Source: Eledone cirrhosa
Lineage: Eukaryota
Assembly (NCBI GenBank): GCA_964016885.1
Contig: OZ024742.1
Location: 365,676,001 to 365,740,000, forward strand
Reading direction: 5' to 3'
Length of the DNA: 64,000 nucleotides
In this document: positions 29,801 to 42,700 of the stretch, one piece after another
How the letters are laid out: the number at the start of each line of letters is the position of its first letter
Position numbering within the stretch: the stretch's first letter is position 1
Made by a program: the position numbers and the translations under genes
Notes under the pieces: generated by a model
Databases searched by the model: none
What the model was told of the DNA's origin: nothing
What the model saw: only the letters and a program-made list of their open reading frames with translations

Positions 29801-32800
29801 ACTATATTCCATATATTGTCAGAAAACTGTATTCCATATATTGTTGTCTGAAAACTATATTCCATATATTGTCAGACAACTATATTCCATATATTGTTGT
29901 CAGTAAACTATATTCCATATATTGTTGTCAGAAAACTATATTCCATATATTGTTGTCAGAAAACTATATTCCATATATTGTCAGAAAAATATATTCCATA
30001 TATTGTTGTCAGAAAACAATATTCCATATATTGTCAGAAAACTATATTCCATATATTGTTGTCAGAAAACTATATTCCATATATTGTCAGAAAACTATAT
30101 TCCATATATTGTTGTCAGAAAACTATATTCCATATATTGTCAGAAAACTATATTCCATATATTGTTGTCAGAAAACTATATTCCATATATTGTCAGAAAA
30201 CTATATTCCATATATTGTCAGAAAACTATATTCCATATATTGTCAAAAAACTATATTCCATATATTGTCAGAAAACTATATTCCATATATTGTTGTCAGA
30301 AAACTATATTCCATATATTGTCAGAAAACTATATTCCATATATTGTCAGAAAACTGTATTCCATATATTGTTGTCTGAAAACTATATTCCATATATTGTC
30401 AGACAACTATATTCCATATATTGTTGTCAGTAAACTATATTCCATATATTGTTGTCAGAAAACTATATTCCATATATTGTTGTCAGAAAACTATATTCCA
30501 TATATTGTCAGAAAAATATATTCCAAATATTGTTGTCAGAAAACTATATTCCATATATTGTCAGAAAACTATATTCCATATATTGTTGTCAGAAAACTAT
30601 ATTCCATATATTGTCAGAAAACTATATTCCATATATTGTTGTCAGAAAACTATATTCCATATATTGTCAGAAAACTATATTCCATATATTGTTGTCAGAA
30701 AACTATATTCCATATATTGTCAGAAAACTATATTCCATATATTGTTGTCAGAAAACTATATTCCATATATTGTCAGAAAACTATATTCCATATATTGTTG
30801 TCAGAAAACTATATTTCATATATTGTCAGAAATCTATATTCCATATATTGTCAGAAAACTATATTCCATATATTGTTGTCAGAAAACTATATTCCATATA
30901 TGGTTGTCAGAAAACTATATTCCATATATTGTCAGAAAACTATATTCCATATATTGTTGTCAGAAAACTATATTCCATATATGGTTGTCAGTAAACTATA
31001 TTCCATATATTGTCAGAAAACTATATTCCATATATTGTTGTCAGAAAACTATATTCCATATATTGTTGTCAGAAAACTATATTCCATATATTGTCAGAAA
31101 ACTATATTCCATATATTGTTGTCAGTAAACTATATTCCATATATTGTCAGAAAACCATATACCATATATTGTTGTCAGAAAACTATATTCCATATATTGT
31201 CAGAAAACTATATTCCATATATTGTTGTCAGAAAACTATATTCCATATATTGTCAGAAAACTATATTCCATATATTGTCAGAAAACTGTATTCCTATATA
31301 TTGTTGTCTGAAAACTATATTCCATATATTGTCAGACAACTATATTCCATATATTGTTGTCAGTAAACTATATTCCATATATTGTTGTCAGAAAACTATA
31401 TTCCATATATTGTTGTCAGAAAACTATATTCCATATATTGTCAGAAAAATATATTCCATATATTGTTGTCAGAAAACTATATTCCATATATTGTCAGAAA
31501 ACTATATTCCATATATTGTTGTCAGAAAACTATATTCCATATATTGTCAGAAAACTATATTCCATATATTGTTGTCAGAAAACTATATTCCATATATTGT
31601 CAGAAAACTATATTCCATATATTGTCAGAAAACTATATTCCATATATTGTCAAAAAACTATATTCCATATATTGTCAGAAAACTATATTCCATATATTGT
31701 TGTCAGAAAACTATATTCCATATATTGTCAGAAAACTATATTCCATATATTGTCAGAAAACTGTATTCCATATATTGTTGTCTGAAAACTATATTCCATA
31801 TATTGTCAGACAACTATATTCCATATATTGTTGTCAGTAAACTATATTCCATATATTGTTGTCAGAAAACTATATTCCATATATTGTCAGAAAAATATAT
31901 TCCAAATATTGTTGTCAGAAAACTATATTCCATATATTGTCAGAAAACTATATTCCATATATTGTTGTCAGAAAACTATATTCCATATATTGTCAGAAAA
32001 CTATATTCCATATATTGTTGTCAGAAAACTATATTCCATATATTGTCAGAAAACTATATTCCATATATTGTTGTCAGAAAACTATATTCCATATATTGTT
32101 GTCAGAAAACTATATTCCATATATTGTTGTCAGAAAACTATATTCCATATATGGTTGTCAGAAAACTATATTCCATATATTGTCAGAAAACTATATTCCA
32201 TATATTGTTGTCAGAAAACTATATTCCATATATGGTTGTCAGTAAACTATATTCCATATATTGTCAGAAAACTATATTCCATATATTGTTGTCAGAAAAC
32301 TATATTCCATATATTGTTGTCAGTAAACTATATTCCATATATTGTTGTCAGAAAACTATATTCCATATATTGTCAGAAAAATATATTCCAAATATTGTTG
32401 TCAGAAAACTATATTCCATATATTGTCAGAAAACTATATTCCATATATTGTTGTCAGAAAACTATATTCCATATATTGTCAGAAAACTATATTCCATATA
32501 TTGTTGTCAGAAAACTATATTCCATATATTGTCAGAAAACTATATTCCATATATTGTTGTCAGAAAACTATATTCCATATATTGTTGTCAGAAAACTATA
32601 TTCCATATATTGTTGTCAGAAAACTATATTCCATATATGGTTGTCAGAAAACTATATTCCATATATTGTCAGAAAACTATATTCCATATATTGTTGTCAG
32701 AAAACTATATTCCATATATGGTTGTCAGTAAACTATATTCCATATATTGTCAGAAAACTATATTCCATATATTGTTGTCAGAAAACTATATTCCATATAT

Positions 32801-35800
32801 TGTTGTCAGAAAACTATATTCCATATATTGTCAGAAAACTATATTCCATATATTGTTGTCAGAAAACTATATTCCATATATTGTCAGAAAACTATATTCC
32901 ATATATTGTTGTCAGAAAACTATATTCCATATATTGTCAGAAAACTATATTCCATATATTGTTGTCAGAAAACTATATTCCATATATTGTCAGAAAACTA
33001 TATTCCATATATTGTTGTCAGAAAACTATATTCCATATATTGTCAGAAAACTATATTCCATATATTGTTGTCAGAAAACTATATTCCATATATGGTTGTC
33101 AGAAAACTATATTCCATATATTGTCAGAAAACTATATTCCATATATTGTTGTCAGAAAACTATATTCCATATATGGTTGTCAGAGAACTATATTCCATAT
33201 ATTGTTGTCAGAAAACTATATTCCATATATTGTCAGAAAACTATATTCCATATATTGTTGTCAGTAAACTATATTCCATATATTGTCAGAAAACTATATA
33301 CCATATATTGTTGTCAGAAAACTATATTCCATATATTGTCAGAAAACTATATTCCATATATTGTTGTCAGAAAACTATATTCCATATATTGTCAGAAAAC
33401 TATATTCCATATATTGTCAGAAAACTGTATTCCATATATTGTTGTCTGAAAACTATATTCCATATATTTTCAGACAACTATATTCCATATATTGTTGTCA
33501 GTAAACAATATTCCATATATTGTTGTCAGAAAACTATATTCCATATATTGTTGTCAGAAAACTATATTCCATATATTGTCAGAAAACTATATTCCATATA
33601 TTGTTGTCAGAAAACTATATTCCATATATTGTCAGAAAACTATATTCCATATATTGTTGTCAGTAAACTATATTCCATATATTGTCAGAAATCTATATTC
33701 CATATATTGTTGTCAGAAAACTATATTCCATATATTGTTGTCAGAAAACTATATTCCATATATTGTTGTCAGAAAACTATATTCCATATATTGTTGTCAG
33801 AAAACTATATTCCATATATTGTCAGAAAACTATATTCCATATATTGTCACAAAACTATATTCCATATATTGTTGTCAGTAAACTATATTCCATATATTGT
33901 CAGAAAACTATATTCCATATATTGTCAGAAAACTATATTCCATATATTGTCAGAAAACTATATTCCATATATTGTCAGAAAACTATATTCCATATATTGT
34001 TGTCAGAAAACTATATTCCATATATTGTCAGAAAACTATATTCCATATATTGTCAGAAAACTATATTCCATATATTGTCAGAAAACTGTATTCCATATAT
34101 TGTTGTCTGAAAACTATATTCCATATATTGTCAGACAACTATATTCCATATATTGTTGTCAGTAAACAATATTCCATATATTGTTGTCAGAAAACTATAT
34201 TCCATATATTGTTGTCAGAAAACTATATTCCATATATTGTCAGAAAACTATATTCCATATATTGTTGTCAGAAAACTATATTCCATATATTGTCAGAAAA
34301 CTATATTCCATATATTGTTGTCAGTAAACTATATTCCATATATTGTCAGAAATCTATATTCCATATATTGTTGTCAGAAAACTATATTCCATATATTGTT
34401 GTCAGAAAACTATATTCCATATATTGTTGTCAGAAAACTATATTCCATATATTGTTGTCAGAAAACTATATTCCATATATTGTCAGAAAACTATATTCCA
34501 TATATTGTTGTCAGTAAACTATATTCCATATATTGTCAGAAAACTATATTCCATATATTGTCAGAAAACTATATTCCATATATTGTCAGAAAACTATATT
34601 CCATATATTGTCAGAAAACTATATTCCATATATTGTTGTCAGAAAACTATATTCCATATATTGTCAGAAAACTATATTCCATATATTGTCAGAAAACTGT
34701 ATTCCATATATTGTTGTCTGAAAACTATATTCCATATATTGTCAGACAACTATATTCCATATATTGTTGTCAGTAAACTATATTCCATATATTGTTGTCA
34801 GAAAACTATATTCCATATATTGTTGTCAGAAAACTATATTCCATATATTGTCAGAAAAATATATTCCAAATATTGTTGTCAGAAAACTATATTCCATATA
34901 TTGTCAGAAAACTATATTCCATATATTGTTGTCAGAAAACTATATTCCATATATTGTCAGAAAACTATATTCCATATATTGTTGTCAGAAAACTATATTC
35001 CATATATTGTCAGAAAACTATATTCCATATATTGTTGTCAGAAAACTATATTCCATATATTGTCAGAAAACTATATTCCATATATTGTTGTCAGAAAACT
35101 ATATTCCATATATTGTTGTCAGAAAACTATATTCCATATATGGTTGTCAGAAAACTATATTCCATATATTGTCAGAAAACTATATTCCATATATTGTTGT
35201 CAGAAAACTATATTCCATATATGGTTGTCAGTAAACTATATTCCATATATTGTCAGAAAACTATATTCCATATATTGTTGTCAGAAAACTATATTCCATA
35301 TATTGTTGTCAGAAAACTATATTCCATATATTGTCAGAAAACTATATTCCATATATTGTTGTCAGTAAACTATATTCCATATATTGTCAGAAAACTATAT
35401 ACCATATATTGTTGTCAGAAAACTATATTCCATATATTGTCAGAAAACTATATTCCATATATTGTTGTCAGAAAACTATATTCCATATATTGTCAGAAAA
35501 CTATATTCCATATATTGTCAGAAAACTGTATTCCATATATTGTTGTCTGAAAACTATTTTCCATATATTGTCAGACAACTATATTCCATATATTGTTGTC
35601 AGTAAACTATATTCCATATATTGTTGTCAGAAAACTATATTCCATATATTGTTGTCAGAAAACTATATTCCATATATTGTTGTCAGAAAACTATATTCCA
35701 TATATTGTCAGAAAAATATATTCCATATATTGTTGTCAGAAAACTATATTCCATATATTGTCAGAAAACTATATTCCATATATTGTTGTTAGAAAACTAT

Positions 35801-38296
35801 ATTCCATATATTGTCAGAAAACTATATTCCATATATTGTCAGAAAACTATATTCCATATATTGTTGTCAGTAAACTATATTCCATATATTGTCAGAAAAC
35901 TATATTCCATATATTGTCAGAAAACTATATTCCATATATTGTCAGAAAACTATATTCCATATATTGTCAGAAAACTATATTCCATATATTGTTGTCAGAA
36001 AACTATATTCCATATATTGTCAGAAAACTATATTCCATATATTGTCAGAAAACTGTATTCCATATATTGTTGTCTGAAAACTATATTCCATATATTGTCA
36101 GACAACTATATTCCATATATTGTTGTCAGTAAACTATATTCCATATATTGTTGTCAGAAAACTATATTCCATATATTGTTGTCAGAAAACTATATTCCAT
36201 ATATTGTCAGAAAAATATATTCCATATATTGTTGTCAGAAAACAATATTCCATATATTGTCAGAAAACTATATTCCATATATTGTTGTCAGAAAACTATA
36301 TTCCATATATTGTCAGAAAACTATATTCCATATATTGTTGTCAGAAAACTATATTCCATATATTGTCAGAAAACTATATTCCATATATTGTTGTCAGAAA
36401 ACTATATTCCATATATTGTCAGAAAACTATATTCCATATATTGTCAGAAAACTATATTCCATATATTGTCAAAAAACTATATTCCATATATTGTCAGAAA
36501 ACTATATTCCATATATTGTTGTCAGAAAACTATATTCCATATATTGTCAGAAAACTATATTCCATATATTGTCAGAAAACTGTATTCCATATATTGTTGT
36601 CTGAAAACTATATTCCATATATTGTCAGACAACTATATTCCATATATTGTTGTCAGTAAACTATATTCCATATATTGTTGTCAGAAAACTATATTCCATA
36701 TATTGTTGTCAGAAAACTATATTCCATATATTGTCAGAAAAATATATTCCAAATATTGTTGTCAGAAAACTATATTCCATATATTGTCAGAAAACTATAT
36801 TCCATATATTGTTGTCAGAAAACTATATTCCATATATTGTCAGAAAACTATATTCCATATATTGTTGTCAGAAAACTATATTCCATATATTGTCAGAAAA
36901 CTATATTCCATATATTGTTGTCAGAAAACTATATTCCATATATTGTCAGAAAACTATATTCCATATATTGTTGTCAGAAAACTATATTCCATATATTGTC
37001 AGAAAACTATATTCCATATATTGTTGTCAGAAAACTATATTTCATATATTGTCAGAAATCTATATTCCATATATTGTCAGAAAACTATATTCCATATATT
37101 GTTGTCAGAAAACTATATTCCATATATGGTTGTCAGAAAACTATATTCCATATATTGTCAGAAAACTATATTCCATATATTGTTGTCAGAAAACTATATT
37201 CCATATATGGTTGTCAGTAAACTATATTCCATATATTGTCAGAAAACTATATTCCATATATTGTTGTCAGAAAACTATATTCCATATATTGTTGTCAGAA
37301 AACTATATTCCATATATTGTCAGAAAACTATATTCCATATATTGTTGTCAGTAAACTATATTCCATATATTGTCAGAAAACCATATACCATATATTGTTG
37401 TCAGAAAACTATATTCCATATATTGTCAGAAAACTATATTCCATATATTGTTGTCAGAAAACTATATTCCATATATTGTCAGAAAACTATATTCCATATA
37501 TTGTCAGAAAACTGTATTCCTATATATTGTTGTCTGAAAACTATATTCCATATATTGTTGTCAGTAAACTATATTCCATATATTGTTGTCAGAAAACTAT
37601 ATTCCATATATTGTTGTCAGAAAACTATATTCCATATATTGTCAGAAAAATATATTCCATATATTGTTGTCAGAAAACTATATTCCATATATTGTCAGAA
37701 AACTATATTCCATATATTGTTGTCAGAAAACTATATTCCATATATTGTCAGAAAACTATATTCCATATATTGTTGTCAGAAAACTATATTCCATATATTG
37801 TCAGAAAACTATATTCCATATATTGTCAGAAAACTATATTCCATATATTGTCAAAAAACTATATTCCATATATTGTCAGAAAACTATATTCCATATATTG
37901 TTGTCAGAAAACTATATTCCATATATTGTCAGAAAACTATATTCCATATATTGTCAGAAAACTGTATTCCATATATTGTTGTCTGAAAACTATATTCCAT
38001 ATATTGTCAGACAACTATATTCCATATATTGTTGTCAGTAAACTATATTCCATATATTGTTGTCAGAAAACTATATTCCATATATTGTCAGAAAAATATA
38101 TTCCAAATATTGTTGTCAGAAAACTATATTCCATATATTGTCAGAAAACTATATTCCATATATTGTTGTCAGAAAACTATATTCCATATATTGTCAGAAA
38201 ACTATATTCCATATATTGTTGTCAGAAAACTATATTCCATATATTGTCAGAAAACTATATTCCATATATTGTTGTCAGAAAACTATATTCCATATA
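26882..38296 (+). repeat. 6,226-bp offset duplication (about 26882-32095 matches about 33108-38296; offset drops to 6,201 after loss of one 25-bp monomer)
   Basis: ORFs repeat at +6226 (27266/33492, 28117/34343, 29922/36148) and then +6201 (31382/37583, 31856/38057). Shared private marks are CAGAGAAC 26955/33181, GTCACAAAAC and the 1-bp T insertion at 31295/37521. Confidence 0.92.
31830..32800 (+). repeat. 486-bp (18-monomer) tandem duplication
   Basis: An identical 129-aa ORF occurs at 31856 and 32342. The CCAAAT and paired CCATATATGG variants recur at +486. Confidence 0.85.
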
Positions 38297-39739
38297 TTGT
38301 CAGAAAACTATATTCCATATATTGTTGTCAGAAAACTATATTTCATATATTGTCAGAAATCTATATTCCATATATTGTCAGAAAACTATATTCCATATAT
38401 TGTTGTCAGAAAACTATATTCCATATATGGTTGTCAGAAAACTATATTCCATATATTGTCAGAAAACTATATTCCATATATTGTTGTCAGAAAACTATAT
38501 TCCATATATGGTTGTCAGTAAACTATATTCCATATATGTTCAGAAAACTATATTCCATATATTGTTGTCAGAAAACTATATTCCATATATTGTTGTCAGA
38601 AAACTATATTCCATATATTGTCAGAAAACTATATTCCATATATTGTTGTCAGTAAACTATATTCCATATATTGTCAGAAAACTATATACCATATATTGTT
38701 GTCAGAAAACTATATTCCATATATTGACAGAAAACTATATTCCATATATTGTTGTCAGAAAACTATATTCCATATATTGTCAGAAAACTATATTCCATAT
38801 ATTGTCAGAAAACTGTATTCCATATATTGTTGTCTGAAAACTATATTCCATATATTGTCAGACAACTATATTCCATATATTGTTGTCAGTAAACTATATT
38901 CCATATATTGTTGTCAGAAAACTATATTCCATATATTGTTGTCAGAAAACTATATTCCATATATTGTTGTCAGAAAACTATATTCCATATATTGTTGTCA
39001 GAAAACTATATTCCATATATTGTCAGAAAACTATATTCCATATATTGTTGTCAGAAAACTATATTCCATATATTGTCAGAAAACTATATTCCATATATTG
39101 TTGTCAGTAAACTATATTCCATATATTGTCAGAAAACTATATTCCATATATTGTTGTCAGAAAACTATATTCCATATATTGTTGTCAGAAAACTATATTC
39201 CATATATTGTTGTCAGAAAACTATATTCCATATATTGTTGTCAGAAAACTATATTCCATATATTGTCAGAAAACTATATTCCATATATTGTCAGAAAACT
39301 ATATTCCATATATTGTTATCAGAAAACTATATTCCATATATTGTCAGAAAACTATATTCCATATATTGTTGTCAGAAAACTATATTTCATATAGTGTCAG
39401 AAAACTATATTCCATATATTGCCAGAAAACTATATTCCATATATTGTTGTCAGAAAACTATATTCCATATATTGTTGTCAGAAAACTATATTCCATACAT
39501 TGTCAGAAAACTATATTCCATATATTGTTGTCAGTAAACTATATTCCATATATTGTCAGAAAACTATATTCCATATATTGTCAGAAAACTATATTCCATA
39601 TATTGTCAGAAAACTATATTCCATATATTGTCAGAAAACTATATTCCATATATTGTTGTCAGAAAACTATATTCCATATATTGTCAGAAAACTATATTCC
39701 ATATATTGTCAGAAAACTGTATTCCATATATTGTTGTCT

Positions 39740-42700
39740 GAAAACTATATTCCATATATTGTCAGACAACTATATTCCATATATTGTTGTCAGTAAACTA
39801 TATTCCATATATTGTTGTCAGAAAACTATATTCCATATATTGTTGTCAGTAAACTATATTCCATATATTGTTGTCAGTAAACTATATTCCATATATTGTC
39901 AGAAAACTATATTCCATATATTGTTGTCAGAAAACTATATTCCATATATTGTTGTCAGTAAACTATATTCCATATATTGTCAGAAAACTATATTCCATAT
40001 ATTGTTGTCAGAAAACTATATTCCATATATTGTCAGAAAACTATATTCCATATATTGTCAGAAAAACATATTCCATATATTGTTATCAGAAAACTATATT
40101 CCATATATTGTCAGAAAACTATATTCCATATATTGTCAGAAAACTATATTCCATATATTGTCAGAAAACTATATTCCATATATTGTCAGAAAACTATATT
40201 CCATATATTGTTATCAGAAAACTATATTCCATATATTGTCAGAAAACTATATTCCATATATTGTTGTCAGAAAACTATATTCCATATATTGTTGTCAGAA
40301 AACTATATTCCATATATTGTCAGAAAACTATATTCCATATATTGTTGTCAGTAAACTATATTCCATATATTGTCAGAAAACTATATTCCATATATTGTTG
40401 TCAGAAAACTATATTCCATATATTGTCAGAAAACTATATTCCATATATTGTTGTCAGAAAACTATATTCCATATATTGTTGTCAGAAAACTATATTCCAT
40501 ATATTGTTGTCAAAAAACTATATTCCATATATTGTTGTCAGTAAACTATATTCCATATGTTGTCAGAAAACTATATTCCATATATTGTTGTCAGAAAACT
40601 ATATGCCATATATTGTTGTCAGTAAACTATATTCCATATATTGTCAGAAAACTATATTCCATATATTGTTGTCAGAAAACTATATTCCATATATTGTCAG
40701 AAAACTATATTCCATATATTGTTGTAAGAAAACTATATTCCATATATTGTTGTCAGAAAACTATATTGCATATATTGTTGTCAGTAAACTATATTCCATA
40801 TATTGTCAGAAAACTATATTCCATATATTGTTGTCAGAAAACTATATTCCATATATTGTCAGAAAACTATATTCCATATATTGTCAGAAAAATATATTCC
40901 ATATATAGTTATCAGAAAACTATATTCCATATATTGTCAGAAAACTATATTCCATATATTGTCAGAAAACTATATTCCATATATTGTCAGAAAACTATAT
41001 TCCATATATTGTCAGAAAACTATATTCCATATATTGTTATCAGAAAACTATATTCCATATATTGTCAGAAAACTATATTCCATATATTGTTGTCAGAAAA
41101 CTATATTTCATATAGTGTCAGAAAACTATATTCCATATATTGTCAGAAAACTATATTCCATATATTGTTGTCAGAAAACTATATTCCATATATTGTTGTC
41201 AGAAAACTATATTCCATATATTGTCAGAAAACTATATTCCATATATTGTTGTCAGTAAACTATATTCCATATATTGTCAGAAAACTATATTCCATATATT
41301 GTTGTCAGAAAACTATATTCCATATATTGTCAGAAAACTATATTCCATATATTGTTGTCAGAAAACTATATTCCATATATTGTTGTCAGAAAAATATATT
41401 CCATATATTGTTGTCAGAAAACTATATTCCATATATTGTCAGAAAACTATATTCCATATATTGTTGTCAGTAAACTATATTCCATATATTGTCAGAAAAC
41501 TATATTCCATATATTGTCAGAAAACTATATTCCATATATTGTCAGAAAACTATATTCCATATATTGTTGTCCTAAAACTATATTCCATATATTGTCAGAA
41601 AACTATATTCCATATATTGTTGTCAGAAAACTATATTTCATATATTGTCAGGAAACTATATTCCATATATTGTCAGAAAACTATATTCCATATATTGTTG
41701 TCAGTAAACTATATTCCATATATTGTCAGAAAACTATATACCATATATTGTTGTCAGAAAACTATATTCCATATATTGTCAGAAAACTATATTCCATATA
41801 TTGTTGTCAGAAAACTATATTCCATATATTGTCAGAAAACTATATTCCATATATTGTCAGAAAACTGTATTCCATATATTGTTGTCTGAAAACTATATTC
41901 CATATATTGTCAGACAACTATATTCCATATATTGTTGTCAGTAAACTATATTCCATATATTGTTGTCAGAAAACTATATTCCATATATTGTTGTCAGAAA
42001 ACTATATTCCATATATTGTTGTCAGAAAACTATATTCCATATATTGTTGTCAGAAAACTATATTCCATATATTGTTGTCAGAAAACTATATTCCATATAT
42101 TGTCAGAAAACTATATTCCATATATTGTCAGAAAACTATATTCCATATATTGTTATCAGAAAACTATATTCCATATATTGTCAGAAAACTATATTCCATA
42201 TATTGTTGTCAGAAAACTATATTTCATATAGTGTCAGAAAACTATATTCCATATATTGTCAGAAAACTATATTCCATATATTGTTGTCAGAAAACTATAT
42301 TCCATATATTGTTGTCAGAAAACTATATTCCATATATTGTCAGAAAACTATATTCCATATATTGTTGTCAGTAAACTATATTCCATATATTGTCAGAAAA
42401 CTATATTCCATATATTGTCAGAAAACTATATTCCATATATTGTCAGAAAACTATATTCCATATATTGTCAGAAAACTATATTCCATATATTGTTGTCAAG
42501 AAACTATATTCCATATATTGTCAGAAAACTATATTCCATATATTGTCAGAAAACTGTATTCCATATATTGTTGTCTGAAAACTATATTCCATATATTGTC
42601 AGACAACTATATTCCATATATTGTTGTCAGTAAACTATATTCCATATATTGTTGTCAGAAAACTATATTCCATATATTGTTGTCAGAAAACTATATTCCA

